Shown here: piece after piece, positions 10,195-19,903 of the stretch | How the letters are laid out: the number at the start of each line of letters is the position of its first letter | Numbering within the stretch: position 1 is the stretch's first letter | DNA from: Candidatus Thermosaccharophagus tengchongensis | GTDB lineage: Bacteria > Armatimonadota > Fervidibacteria > Fervidibacterales > Thermosaccharophagaceae | NCBI GenBank assembly: GCA_032161105.1 | Contig: JAVHTD010000002.1 | Length of the DNA: 64,000 bases | Strand: one strand, 5' to 3' | The notes under the pieces: model-generated | Told to the model about the DNA's origin: nothing | The model's input: only the letters and a program-made list of their open reading frames with translations | Database searches by the model: none | Translations under genes and position numbers: made by a program

Positions 10195-10956
10195 ATGAAG
10201 GCGATCGTGCTCGCCGCCGGATACGCAACGAGGCTTTATCCACTCACCCTGAATAAGGCGAAGCCGCTGCTCACCGTTGCCGGTAGACCAATGATTGAGC
10301 ATGTGCTGATGCGCATTGCGCCGCTTGACCAAGTTGATGAAGTGCACATTGTTACGAACGATCGCTTCTATCACGACTTCGCTTCATGGCTCAATTCCTT
10401 TTCCCCATCGTTTTGCAAGCGCTTGGTGCTCCACAACGATGGGACAAGGAACAACGATGAGCGCAGGGGCGCAATTGGCGACATGGAGCTCGTAATCACC
10501 TCAAGCAGCATTGGTGAGGATTGCCTCATTGTGGCTGGCGATAACCTTTTTGACTTTGACCTGCGTGGGTTTGCTCAGTTCGCAATTGAACATGGCACGA
10601 CGGTGGGACTATACAGGGTGGGCGATCCCGAATTGGTGAAGCGATACAGCGTCGTTGAGCTTGATGAGGCGGGTCGCATCATCCACTTTGAGGAGAAGCC
10701 GAAACACCCGCAAACGGACCTTGTTGCAATATGCCTTTACATCCTCAAGCACGAACATCTTCGCTTGATAAGCAACTACCTTGCCGATGGGTTGCCAAAG
10801 GACGAACCCGGCTACTTCATCCAATGGCTGCATAAGCGAGTTGATGTTTACGGCTATCCGTTCACCGGAATTTGGTTTGACATCGGAGACCATGAAAGCC
10901 TGCGTCGTGCTGATGAGGTTTTCAGGACACTCTCGGTGGAAGGTGGGATGCGGTAA
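10195..10956 (+). CDS. sugar-phosphate nucleotidyltransferase (NTP_transferase family; specificity unknown)
   Basis: MKAIVLAAGYATRLYPLTLNKAKPLL is the G-x-G-T-R-L signature of glucose-1-P thymidylyl/uridylyltransferase-like enzymes. Confidence 0.8.
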   Translation: MKAIVLAAGYATRLYPLTLNKAKPLLTVAGRPMIEHVLMRIAPLDQVDEVHIVTNDRFYHDFASWLNSFSPSFCKRLVLHNDGTRNNDERRGAIGDMELVITSSSIGEDCLIVAGDNLFDFDLRGFAQFAIEHGTTVGLYRVGDPELVKRYSVVELDEAGRIIHFEEKPKHPQTDLVAICLYILKHEHLRLISNYLADGLPKDEPGYFIQWLHKRVDVYGYPFTGIWFDIGDHESLRRADEVFRTLSVEGGMR

Positions 10957-11974
10957 CATCTTCCAAGTCCCAGACTGCAACTGCATCAACATCCAACCCG
11001 GCTGTTAGCCCCCTTTCAAGCCTGTAATATCCAGCGCAAGCTATCATTGCAGCATTATCTGTGCACAGTGCGATTGGTGGTATGACGAGCTTTATCCCGT
11101 AGCGTGATGCGAGCTCACCCATCCTTTGGCGCAACCTGCTGTTTGCCGCAACGCCGCCGACAACCGCTAACACATCCGCTTCGGTCATTTGTATTGCGCG
11201 CTCAGTTTGCTGTATGAGCATGTCCACAACGGCTTCTTGGAAGCTCGCGGCGATGTCGGCGACGGTGCATTTAGAGGCATCCTTTATGACATGGGCATCA
11301 CCGTATCCCTCAACGAACCGCACGACCGCCGTTTTCAACCCGGCAAAACTGAAGTCAAGCGATTCACCCATGTCGGCACGCGGGAAGGCAACCGCGTTTG
11401 GGTTGCCATTTGATGCAGCCCTGTCAATTGCGGGACCACCGGGGAAGCCCAATCCGAGCACCCTCGCAACCTTGTCAAATGCCTCTCCAGCAGCGTCATC
11501 CCTTGTGCGCCCGAGGACTTCATATTGCCCGAGGTCGCGCGCATACACGAGTTCGGAGTGCCCGCCGGAAATGATCAGGCAAAGGAATGGGAAGTTAAGC
11601 TCGTCATCGGAGAGGAAAGCCGAGAGCATGTGCCCTTCAAGATGGTTGACTGGTATCAACGGCTTATCAAGTGCAGCGCATATAGCCTTTGCGACTGCCA
11701 ATCCAACCGCAAGCGAGGTTATCAGCCCGGGTCCGCATGTGACAGCTATGCCGCTAACGCTATCAAGCCTCACAGAGGCTTCCTTCAGTGCCAAATCAAG
11801 TGCCGGAAATATGAGCTCCACATGCTTCCGCGAAGCTATCTCCGGGACGATGCCACCAAAGTGCTTGTGCCATTTGGTTTGCGAGCACACGATGTTTGAA
11901 AGTATTGTCCGCCCATCGCGCACAAGCGCAACGGATGTCTCATCGCAGGATGTTTCAATTCCGAGCACAATCAT
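10922..11974 (-). CDS. tsaD: tRNA N6-adenosine threonylcarbamoyltransferase
   Basis: MIVLGIETSCDETSVALV, GIVPEIASRKH and HLEGH are Kae1/TsaD motifs. The 64-codon N-terminal extension in the ORF track was trimmed to the conserved start. Confidence 0.93.
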   Translation of the reverse strand: MIVLGIETSCDETSVALVRDGRTILSNIVCSQTKWHKHFGGIVPEIASRKHVELIFPALDLALKEASVRLDSVSGIAVTCGPGLITSLAVGLAVAKAICAALDKPLIPVNHLEGHMLSAFLSDDELNFPFLCLIISGGHSELVYARDLGQYEVLGRTRDDAAGEAFDKVARVLGLGFPGGPAIDRAASNGNPNAVAFPRADMGESLDFSFAGLKTAVVRFVEGYGDAHVIKDASKCTVADIAASFQEAVVDMLIQQTERAIQMTEADVLAVVGGVAANSRLRQRMGELASRYGIKLVIPPIALCTDNAAMIACAGYYRLERGLTAGLDVDAVAVWDLEDVTASHLPPRVS

Positions 11975-12041
11975 CTCGCCGCTCCCCTTCGCCTTGCGCG
12001 CTCTGTGGCTCGTATGGCATGCGTGGCGGGAGCTCGTTGAG

Positions 12042-12632
12042 CTATCGCTTTGAGATCCTCCTGAGTATGGAGCGCAGGCGGTCATAGTCTTCCTTGATGA
12101 TGCGAGATAATTCTTTCCCCATGGCGACAAGATATGCATGGTCATAATCGTGAGCCCTCCATGCATACCTGCAGACGGCTATGAGCAACTCATCCCTTAC
12201 TCCCTTTGCAGATGTTGAGATGAGACGGAGGTAATCAAACTCGTCGGTGAATTGCCTGACCTCTTCAACCTCGCATTCGTAGACGAAGCTGTGCAGCTTT
12301 GGCGGCACCGGCGGAAGCTCCTGCCTTACAACATCGTCCATTTCATAGCCCACTATCAGTCCCTTAAAGTCCGTCTTGAGCAGCTCAAAAATTTGCGGCT
12401 GTTCCTCACGCAGCTCCTCCTCGGTCTTCCCGTATGCCATCGGGCGGCGCATTGGGTCAACGCTGTGCGTGATTATCTCGTAAACGAACGCGTAAATTGG
12501 CGGCTGTGATTCAACGCGAACGAGTGAGCCAAATGGCGGTGAAGCATGCAGCTCTCGGCATTGCGCCACAAACTCAGTTGTGCAGCTCTCAATAACTTCA
12601 CCGATGTGAAGCGAAGCTTTGCTCACCCTCAT
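12042..12632 (-). CDS. hypothetical protein; the N-terminus resembles a small beta-barrel (HAS-barrel-like), function unknown
   Basis: Long clean ORF. GAGGTG lies upstream of ATG 12632. HIGEVIESCTTEFVAQCRELHASPPFGSLVRVESQPPIYAFVYEI has the G-x-V...G-x-V-x-V pattern of HerA-type barrels. This is pattern resemblance only. Confidence 0.55.
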   Translation of the reverse strand: MRVSKASLHIGEVIESCTTEFVAQCRELHASPPFGSLVRVESQPPIYAFVYEIITHSVDPMRRPMAYGKTEEELREEQPQIFELLKTDFKGLIVGYEMDDVVRQELPPVPPKLHSFVYECEVEEVRQFTDEFDYLRLISTSAKGVRDELLIAVCRYAWRAHDYDHAYLVAMGKELSRIIKEDYDRLRSILRRISKR

Positions 12633-12868
12633 AGTGAGCTTGCACCTCATCAGCAGCCCACATGATGGCAATGCATCCAATTACACTTTTGGAGTGGCGC
12701 TAATTGCAAACCCCCTCTCCGTGCATCTTTAAAACAGCTTTGATTGTGAGCTTCTTTAACCATTCGTCGGAGCGATTGTAAGCTGTCATCCGGTTACGAG
12801 CATTATGTTCGGCAGGTTGCTCATCCATAACCGCAGTTATAGCCAGTGGTTCAGGGTTAGCTTGTGTT

Positions 12869-13303
12869 TTATTCGTCCGAAGATGTGCCGTCATTTCCTG
12901 CGCATTGATTTTGATGCTCCGAAGCCTTCTTAACTATTGATTGGAGCATGCTGCGTGCTAAGTCTTCGTAAATGCGCTCACGGAAGCGCATCCTGTTCTT
13001 ATACAGCAGGTGAGCGTCAATGAGCAGGAGGAAGAAGAGCGCCACCGTCAGTAGGAGACAGCATATCCAAAACCACAGTTCGCTTTCGGTTGACTTGAAT
13101 TTAAACGCGCCAATCACGCTTCCAAAGAGCATGTTGAGTAGCGTAAGGAAGATTGCACCCACCATCATGCGCAGCGCAAATTGCCCCGCCGTGATGACCG
13201 TCCTCTTGTGCCTGAAGTGATACACCTCAAGCACGATCGCAACCACTATCCCAACCTCAAACGCTATGATTATTGACGCAACCATTGGTTGGTTAAGTGA
13301 CAA
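12869..13303 (-). CDS. hypothetical small integral membrane protein
   Basis: Three to four hydrophobic helices (IIIAFEVGIVVAIVL, MMVGAIFLTLLNMLFGSVIGAF, LWFWICCLLLTVALFFLLLI) precede a charged tail. I recognised no motif. Confidence 0.55.
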   Translation of the reverse strand: MSLNQPMVASIIIAFEVGIVVAIVLEVYHFRHKRTVITAGQFALRMMVGAIFLTLLNMLFGSVIGAFKFKSTESELWFWICCLLLTVALFFLLLIDAHLLYKNRMRFRERIYEDLARSMLQSIVKKASEHQNQCAGNDGTSSDE

Positions 13304-13545
13304 CCTTCATCGCCTTGCCTTTTCTTGGCATCCTCAACGGCTATTATACCTTGTGGTGCTTTGCAGCGAAAGGGCTTTTGCTGGCGATTTTGTTGACTTC
13401 GTTTTTGGACAACGGACCCATCAGCATGAATCATGAAGGCTGCGAGGGCTCAGCACGCCGTGTGGCAAATCCTGTAACCAACATGCTCAAGCTCGCATGA
13501 TAGCGGCGCGCTGTTATGCCACCTCGCTGAGCGGTGTTTCATTCT

Positions 13546-14535
13546 TCATGCAATTCTCCAGGGCTCTCTCTTCCTGAACGGCTCTTTAAACTTGTTTTTG
13601 AGCTTGCCCTCCCTTTCAAGGTGAATCATGCACGCCCTGATGCAACCCCTTGCGCCCCCAATTGCTCCCAAGTGGTGAAAGATGGCTACGGAGCTTACAT
13701 TGTAGCCCACCTTCCTATACACCGTCTCAAATTCCGGTCTCGCATAGCCGCCGCTATCTCTCTCAATCTCCTCAAGCCTTATAGGCTCAAGCTCCCTCGG
13801 ATAGAACGGGTTGAATTCTCTCACCCCACCGGTGTAGGCGAGTGCGCATCTTTCCTCATTCAACTCGCCCCACTCAAATTCCTTCCCGGCAATCCTCACT
13901 TTAACCGTCTTGTCCGCGCTTATGGCTTTACCGGGGCATTCCTTCACACAGAGCATGCATCTATCGCATATTGGCGGACCATCGTAAATTGGGTCCGGCT
14001 CAAGCGGCGCGTCAGTGAGGATGAATGCAAGGCGCACCCTCGGACCAAACTCTGGCGTGAGCAGCAATTTGCTGTAACCGATCTCGCCCATGCCGCATAT
14101 AACTGCTGCAATGCGAAAATGGAGAAGCACATCAGGTGCGGGTCTATCTTGGGAGACTGGCACGCTTATCCCTGTTGGCTTGCCCAGAAGAATGTCCACT
14201 GAGGAACCGATCACCATGTTCTGTATTGGCACCGCCTCGTAGCCTTCGTCCTCAATCATGCATGCAACTTGCCTGAGCACGGTTGGCGCAAAAATAAGGT
14301 TAATATGCGAGTAGCCCATTGACGGGTATGCTGCAAAGTAAGTTCCCTCCTCAATCCCGCGGAAGCATCCCCTCAGTATGCGAAAGCCGAAGCCTATTAT
14401 CGCCTTCGCCTCGGGAAAGATATACCGAGGGTCCATTTCTTTTGGTGCGCCATCAAACCTATCCATAGAACCAATCCCAACTATGTCTGCGCCGCACCTT
14501 CTCGCAAACTCCTTCACCTTCTTCGCTGTCAGCAT
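13546..14535 (-). CDS. QueG/RdhA-superfamily iron-sulfur protein, paralog 1 (not a canonical epoxyqueuosine reductase)
   Basis: The core FRIAAVICGMGEIGYSKLLLTPEFGPRVRLAFILTDAPLEPD + CDRCMLCVKECPGKAI parallels the QueG core. The C-terminus GCIRACMIHLEREGKL is family specific. Start ATG 14535 is preceded by GGGGTGGGG. Confidence 0.7.
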   Translation of the reverse strand: MLTAKKVKEFARRCGADIVGIGSMDRFDGAPKEMDPRYIFPEAKAIIGFGFRILRGCFRGIEEGTYFAAYPSMGYSHINLIFAPTVLRQVACMIEDEGYEAVPIQNMVIGSSVDILLGKPTGISVPVSQDRPAPDVLLHFRIAAVICGMGEIGYSKLLLTPEFGPRVRLAFILTDAPLEPDPIYDGPPICDRCMLCVKECPGKAISADKTVKVRIAGKEFEWGELNEERCALAYTGGVREFNPFYPRELEPIRLEEIERDSGGYARPEFETVYRKVGYNVSSVAIFHHLGAIGGARGCIRACMIHLEREGKLKNKFKEPFRKREPWRIA

Positions 14536-14590
14536 TTTCCCCACCCCCTGTTGAATGTCTTCACCCACTTGGGCTGTGAGGTGGTGTGGC

Positions 14591-15649
14591 TCACCTGCAA
14601 CTCCTTGGCATAACTTTGTGTGGCAATAGCCATCTTTCCCTCCTGATGAATGCCCCGCCGTGGAATGTTTGCTCAATTCTCCCGAGGCGTTCCAAATGAT
14701 CAAAGCAGCTTCTCATACAGCCCCTTGAGCCACAAATTCCATAACTCCCACCAACTCCCCATTGCTGAATTTGTGCATGCCCTTCAATGACGAACCCGGA
14801 TGGGTCTTCCTTTGTTTTCCGCCACGGCTGCGTGGAGAGCGTCCAACAAATCTTGTATGCCGTTTCCTCATCCACTTGTTGCCTGCGCACATCAAATTCA
14901 AATCCGGGAAGGCTCTTGTGAATGAACGGTGACACTCTCGGGTCCGCACCATGATAGCTGAGCACGCATTTCCCGACATCAAGGTCAGCCCACTCGTAGA
15001 CATATCCATCAATCTCTATGCGCACGCTCTTACCCTCGCGTATATGCGGTATGGCGTTGGCTGGGCATCCACGGACGCATTCCATGCACCTATCGCAAAT
15101 GCTCCCCGGCTTGATGAGTTCATCGGGCTCAATTTCAAGGTCGGTCAGGATTGCAGCGAGCCTCTGGCGCGGACCAAACTGGCGCGTTAGGAAAACTTTT
15201 GACCAACCGATTTCGCCGAGCCCAGCCGCAGTTGCTGCAATTCTAATTGCAAGGTGCACATCAGGAGGGGGTGCTCCTTCTCGCAGCGGTTCATCTGGAG
15301 GTTGCGCCTCAGGAACACCGGGGTAATATGGCACAGCCTCATAGCCGTGGTCTTCAATGAAGCACGAAAGTTCGTAGACACCGAACGGTATGAAGAGCGT
15401 GTTCAAGAGACCGTGATATCCGAAGTATGTGTAGCTGAGCCAATTTGTCCCCTCCTCAATTCCCCTCCATGTGCCTCTGATGATTCTCCTTGCGACAACG
15501 ATGATGGAACGCACCTCAGGGAAAATGCTCGCTGGGTGCATATGCTTTGGCGCATTCGCAAACCGCTCAACATTCGCAACGCCGAGTAGGTCAAGCCCGC
15601 ACGAGCGAGCGAATTCCACAAGCTGCCTTTTCGTTAATGCCCTTCCCAT
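14591..15649 (-). CDS. QueG/RdhA-superfamily iron-sulfur protein, paralog 2
   Basis: The protein aligns along its length with paralogs 1 and 3 (FARSCGLDLLGVANVERF..., IRIAATAAGLGEIGWSKVFLTRQFGPRQRLAAILTDLEIEPD, CDRCMECVRGCPANAI, GCMRSCFDHLERLGRI). Confidence 0.7.
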   Translation of the reverse strand: MGRALTKRQLVEFARSCGLDLLGVANVERFANAPKHMHPASIFPEVRSIIVVARRIIRGTWRGIEEGTNWLSYTYFGYHGLLNTLFIPFGVYELSCFIEDHGYEAVPYYPGVPEAQPPDEPLREGAPPPDVHLAIRIAATAAGLGEIGWSKVFLTRQFGPRQRLAAILTDLEIEPDELIKPGSICDRCMECVRGCPANAIPHIREGKSVRIEIDGYVYEWADLDVGKCVLSYHGADPRVSPFIHKSLPGFEFDVRRQQVDEETAYKICWTLSTQPWRKTKEDPSGFVIEGHAQIQQWGVGGSYGICGSRGCMRSCFDHLERLGRIEQTFHGGAFIRRERWLLPHKVMPRSCR

Positions 15650-15651
15650 TG

Positions 15652-16515
15652 TCAATCCTTCCCCTGCATAAGTTTGGGGCGACCTGACCAATCAGCCACC
15701 CATGATGGGCGTTTCCTAAACGGGCTGGCAAAGGTTGAGGCTATCCTACCAACCCGCTCAAGGTGGTCAATGCAACTCCTCACGCAGATTGCGGCGAGGC
15801 GGTCTGGCAATCCGGCAGGGTGATACGGATTGGGCAAAGCGCCATTCTTGCAATACCTGCATGCATTGTAGTCAACCTGCGCCACCAACATAGTCTTCCC
15901 ATAGATGGTGATCTCACTCTCGCCTCGCATTGCACCAAGTGGGCATGTGTTAGCGCACTCCATACACATGTCGCACACTTGGACCTCACAAATTGGAGTT
16001 GGCTCGAGTTCAGCATCAGTTAGTATGAGTTGCAACCGCTGCCTCGGTCCAAACTGCGGTGTTAGAAGTTCACCGCAGTAGCCTATTTCACCCAATCCGG
16101 CACGCACGGCTGCATCCTTAGCATCAACGATGACATTGGGCGGTGGCATGCCCGGTTTAACCGGAATGCCAGATGGCGGAATTTGCGGTGGGAGGTCTTG
16201 CAACGGGACGGCTTCCCAACCGTTGTCTTCCAAGAATGTTGAGATTGCGATAGTCGCCATAGCGAGCATCCTGTCTGTCAGCCAAGCTCTTCCATACAGA
16301 TTGAAGGCGGTAAAGTGGGTTCCCTCCTCAACACCGCGAAGCGAGCCACGCAGGATGCGCTTCCCTACGACGAGCACAGAACGAACTTCGGGAAAGATAG
16401 ACGCTGGGTGATGCTCAGGTGGAACATCACCAAACCTTTCAATCGGAGCAATGCCGAGCAGGTCAACCCTGTGTCCCTGGGCAAAGGACTTTAGTAGCGA
16501 GGTGAGGTGATGCAT
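15652..16515 (-). CDS. QueG/RdhA-superfamily iron-sulfur protein, paralog 3
   Basis: The same blocks appear (VDLLGIAPIERF, AAVRAGLGEIGYCGELLTPQFGPRQRLQLILTDAELEPT, CDMCMECANTCPLGA, CVRSCIDHLERVGRI). Its stop lies 2 nt before the paralog 2 start. Confidence 0.7.
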   Translation of the reverse strand: MHHLTSLLKSFAQGHRVDLLGIAPIERFGDVPPEHHPASIFPEVRSVLVVGKRILRGSLRGVEEGTHFTAFNLYGRAWLTDRMLAMATIAISTFLEDNGWEAVPLQDLPPQIPPSGIPVKPGMPPPNVIVDAKDAAVRAGLGEIGYCGELLTPQFGPRQRLQLILTDAELEPTPICEVQVCDMCMECANTCPLGAMRGESEITIYGKTMLVAQVDYNACRYCKNGALPNPYHPAGLPDRLAAICVRSCIDHLERVGRIASTFASPFRKRPSWVADWSGRPKLMQGKD

Positions 16516-16548
16516 ATTGATTCACCCCTGCCGCAGTGCAGTTGCCCA

Positions 16549-17553
16549 TCAGAGGGCGCTGTGGGGTGCAATAAGGCAATTGAACTTTGAGCATGAGTCC
16601 GAGGGATGGTGATTCAACCTGCTGAGGACTTTGCGGAAGGAAGCAGCCTTTGCGGCTATCACGGGGCACTCAACTTGCTCAATAGTTTGTTCGGCAACGC
16701 TGCCCCAGAGGAAGCGAACAAGCCCGGTCCTCCCGTGGGTGCTCATCACTATCAGGTCAATGCCTTTGCGCTCGGCAAATGATGCTATCCCATCAGCGGC
16801 ATGATGACATCGCACTACATGGATTGGTATTTCGTATCCATCGCCCATGCACTCTTTCACCCACTGCCTCAAGCCGTTGCTCACTATCCTCTCAAGTTCC
16901 TTTAGCGCTTCTCTTTCCCCAACTGACTCAATTAGTTCAACCACATGCAGCAGGTGTATCTGTGCGCCGAAGGCTTTTGCCAAGCACAAAGCGTAGTCAA
17001 TTGCTGCCCTTGTTGCTGCCGAGAAGTCCGTTGGCACAAGTATTTGCTCGCACTTTGCTCCCGCACCAGATGGAGAGATTGCGGGCACAACCATGACTGG
17101 GACTTGTGCGCCTTGCACTATTCGGGCGACAGTTGACCCAAGCAGATGTTCCTTAAGTGTGCGCATGCCCCTTGAGCCGAGAGCGATCAAGTCGGCGTGC
17201 ACAAGCTCTGCATACTCAAGTATCTGAACGGCTGGCGAGCCAAGCAATAGAGCACCATCAGCCCTAAACCCAGATGAGCGCAATTGTTCCACTCGCTCAT
17301 TCACTTGTTCGGTGAGTGTGCCTATGTGCGTGCTTTGTATCGCAGCGAGCGCTTGCGATAGCTCCCCCTCACTCCATCCCGAAAAGCCCCTCTCTTCGTA
17401 GTATTTGACCCAGTCGGGTGCGACATGTGTAACGGTTATGCTCGCATTAAATGTTTTTGCGAAGAGGAGTGCCCACTTAAGGGCTTTCTCAGCCGGTTGG
17501 GAAAAATCCGTTGCCCAAAGAATACGAGTTATCAAACATCCCACCTCCGGCAT
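16549..17553 (-). CDS. tandem universal stress protein (two UspA domains)
   Basis: Two repeats follow the Usp pattern (ILWATDFS...HADLIALGSRG..LGSTVARIV and ILVPTDFS...IDLIVMSTHGRTGL..GSVAEQTI). Confidence 0.85.
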   Translation of the reverse strand: MPEVGCLITRILWATDFSQPAEKALKWALLFAKTFNASITVTHVAPDWVKYYEERGFSGWSEGELSQALAAIQSTHIGTLTEQVNERVEQLRSSGFRADGALLLGSPAVQILEYAELVHADLIALGSRGMRTLKEHLLGSTVARIVQGAQVPVMVVPAISPSGAGAKCEQILVPTDFSAATRAAIDYALCLAKAFGAQIHLLHVVELIESVGEREALKELERIVSNGLRQWVKECMGDGYEIPIHVVRCHHAADGIASFAERKGIDLIVMSTHGRTGLVRFLWGSVAEQTIEQVECPVIAAKAASFRKVLSRLNHHPSDSCSKFNCLIAPHSAL

Positions 17554-17611
17554 TCGACGGTGCTAAACTCTCCTCAAACCATTTTGGCAAACGCATTCAA
17601 TGCTTCAAAGC

Positions 17612-18586
17612 CTATGAAGTGCTTGTGCTCTCCTCAACTTCGCCCTCGGGTTTGCTTTCCGATTCGCCGCATAGCCATAGCAGTCTCTCCCAAGCTCTAT
17701 CCACTTCACGCTGTATCTCATCAATGATGTGTTCGTTTTGCGGCTCAAATAGGTGCCTGAAGCGCGCTTGCTTTTCAAGCCACACCCTGACTGGCAATTT
17801 TTCCTTTGGGCGATATGTTAAGCGATACTTGCCATCAACGACTTCATACAGCGGCCAGAAGCATGTCTCCGTAGCCAACCTTGAGATTTCAATTGCTTCA
17901 GATGGTTCGTGTCCGTGCCCAAGATTGCAATCGCTGTAAATGATGAGGAGCGCTGGACCCTCCGTAGTTATTGCCTTTTCGGCTTTCGCTGTGAGGTCAC
18001 GCCAGTATGCCGGATTAGCCTGCGCAACATACGGGATGTTATGGGCAACACCTATCGCCGCCAAGTCCTTTCTCGGATGAACTTTGCCCGGCATGACCTT
18101 TCCTGCTGGTGTCGTGGTAGTGTATGCGCCTCTCGGGGTTGCGCTTGAGCGCTGTATCCCTGTGTTCATGTAAGCACCATTGTCGTAGCACACGAAGACA
18201 ATGTTATGCCTCCTCTCAAGCGCTCCTGAGAGTGCCTGCAACCCAATGTCATAAGTTCCACCGTCACCGGCTATGGCGATGAACTTTATCTCCCTGTCAA
18301 TTTTCCCCCTGCGCTTCAGCGCATTGTATGCGGCTTCAACACCAGCAATCGTTGCGGCTGCGTTCTCAAAAGCGCTGTGTATCCATGGGACATTCCAAGC
18401 CGTGTCGGGGAAGATGGAGGTTGCAACCTCAACGCATCCGGTTGCGCATGCTATGACTACTGGGTATGGTGAGGAGAGAAGAACTTGGCGAAGCGACATT
18501 GCAGCTCCGCATCCGGCGCACATCCTATGTCCGCTTACGAGCACTGGCTTCCTCCTCGCCAATTCCCTTGCCGTTGGCATTTTCAC
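17612..18586 (-). CDS. porB: pyruvate/2-oxoacid:ferredoxin oxidoreductase, beta (TPP-binding) subunit
   Basis: GHRMCAGCG and IAGDGGTYDIGLQALSGALERRHNIVFVCYDNGAYMNTGIQRS are the TPP/Mg motif of OFOR beta subunits. Confidence 0.9.
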   Translation of the reverse strand: MKMPTARELARRKPVLVSGHRMCAGCGAAMSLRQVLLSSPYPVVIACATGCVEVATSIFPDTAWNVPWIHSAFENAAATIAGVEAAYNALKRRGKIDREIKFIAIAGDGGTYDIGLQALSGALERRHNIVFVCYDNGAYMNTGIQRSSATPRGAYTTTTPAGKVMPGKVHPRKDLAAIGVAHNIPYVAQANPAYWRDLTAKAEKAITTEGPALLIIYSDCNLGHGHEPSEAIEISRLATETCFWPLYEVVDGKYRLTYRPKEKLPVRVWLEKQARFRHLFEPQNEHIIDEIQREVDRAWERLLWLCGESESKPEGEVEESTSTS

Positions 18587-18634
18587 AGCGCCTCCCTTTT
18601 GCGCCCTACATGCGGCGCAAATTAGCCGCTAAGC

Positions 18635-19858
18635 TCACGAGAATGTTATGCCAACCTTTGTCCTCAACCCAACCCATTGGATTGGCTCAACAAATTCGCC
18701 CCTTGCTGCTGCTTCAAGTTGCTTCAACATGTTCAAAACTTGTGCTACCGTTATGTCCCTTCCGCCGAGCCCGTAAATGTAGTTGACGACCTTGGGACGC
18801 TTCTCAGATTCATACAAAGCCGCCTTTATGTCCGTAAACAATGGACCACCTTCACCGTTGAAACTTAGCGCCCTGTCCATCACGCCGATCGCCTTTTTGT
18901 CCTCAAGCACTTTCCTGACTGTTGCCCATGGGAACGGTCTATACATGCGAATCTTAAGCACACCGGCTTTGATTCCCTCCTTCCGAGCCACATCAATTGC
19001 GGCTTTAACTGTCCCAGCTGCAGAGCCCATCGCTACAAGCGCAATCTCCGCATCCTCAAGCTCATATAGCTCAACGAGCCCATACGCCCTCCCAAAGCGG
19101 GTGTAAAATTCCTTTCCGACATCAAGCACCACTTCCGGCGCCCTGTTTATCGCCTCCCATTGAGAACGCTTATGCTCCATGTAAAACGGTGGCAGGTCAA
19201 CTGGTCCAACTGTTATCGGGTTGTCAACATCAAGCACCGAATACAGCGGCTTAAGTTCCCCAACGAATTCCTTAACAGCTTCATCCGGCAAAACCTCCAC
19301 TGGCTCAAGCGAGTGGCTCACCACAAACCCATCGAGGCAAACCATGACCGGAAGGTAAACAGTTTCGGCGATGCGCACCGCCTGTATCGTGTTGTCGTAA
19401 GCCTCTTGGGCGTTCTCCGAGTAGAGTTGTATCCAGCCCGAATCCCTTGCGCCCATTGCATCTGCGTGGTCGCAGTGGATGTTCAGGTTGGAATTCAACG
19501 CCCTATTCGTAACAGCCATGACAATGGGCAGGCGAAGCGATGAAGCGATATAAAGCATCTCCCACATGAGCGCCAGACCTTGTGAGGCAGTTGATGTCAT
19601 CGCCCTTGCTCCGGCCGCTGCTGCGCCTATGCATACGCTCATTGCGCTGTGTTCGCTCTCAACATAAACCATCTCGGTATCAACCAATCCGTCGGCGACA
19701 AACTCGGCATATTTCTCAACGATGAGCGTTTGTGGCGTTATCGGGTATGCCGCGACTACATCCGGGTTTATTTGGCGCATGGCTTCGGCGACTGCATCAT
19801 CGCCTATCAAACCCCTTACCTGCCCACGAATTGGGGTGCCGACTTTTGTGCTGCCCAT
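18635..19858 (-). CDS. porA: pyruvate/2-oxoacid:ferredoxin oxidoreductase, alpha subunit
   Basis: AYPITPQT, ESEHSAMSVCIGAAAAGARA and its size fit the alpha subunit. A GGAGGAGG RBS lies 5 nt upstream of ATG 19858. Confidence 0.9.
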   Translation of the reverse strand: MGSTKVGTPIRGQVRGLIGDDAVAEAMRQINPDVVAAYPITPQTLIVEKYAEFVADGLVDTEMVYVESEHSAMSVCIGAAAAGARAMTSTASQGLALMWEMLYIASSLRLPIVMAVTNRALNSNLNIHCDHADAMGARDSGWIQLYSENAQEAYDNTIQAVRIAETVYLPVMVCLDGFVVSHSLEPVEVLPDEAVKEFVGELKPLYSVLDVDNPITVGPVDLPPFYMEHKRSQWEAINRAPEVVLDVGKEFYTRFGRAYGLVELYELEDAEIALVAMGSAAGTVKAAIDVARKEGIKAGVLKIRMYRPFPWATVRKVLEDKKAIGVMDRALSFNGEGGPLFTDIKAALYESEKRPKVVNYIYGLGGRDITVAQVLNMLKQLEAAARGEFVEPIQWVGLRTKVGITFS

Positions 19859-19903
19859 GGCAACCTCCTCCGTCAGCATTTTGCTTAACCACTATTTGCG
19901 CCA

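Noticed and set aside
11214-12053. 279-aa plus-strand ORF (with 11189-11413 and 11525-11899 nearby)
   Set aside because: It is antisense to tsaD, whose translation carries unmistakable Kae1/TsaD motifs. The plus-strand product is low-complexity S/A/P-rich, which is typical of a shadow ORF.
12700-12894. 64-aa minus-strand ORF between the two orphan genes
   Set aside because: It overlaps the 3' end of the membrane protein gene, has no clear RBS, and its composition is unremarkable. Evidence is insufficient to call it.
13534-14202. 222-aa plus-strand ORF
   Set aside because: It lies opposite QueG/RdhA-like paralog 1, which has strong family motifs and two paralogs in the same orientation. The plus-strand product has no recognisable features.
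10922-16515. N-terminal extensions in the ORF track (tsaD to 12166, QueG/RdhA-like paralog 1 to 14703, paralog 2 to 15691; likewise nuoD from 237, nuoJ from 2419, nuoL from 3399 elsewhere)
   Set aside because: The extended starts overlap upstream genes and add non-conserved residues. Internal starts coincide with conserved N-termini and Shine-Dalgarno-like GGAGG/GGTG motifs.
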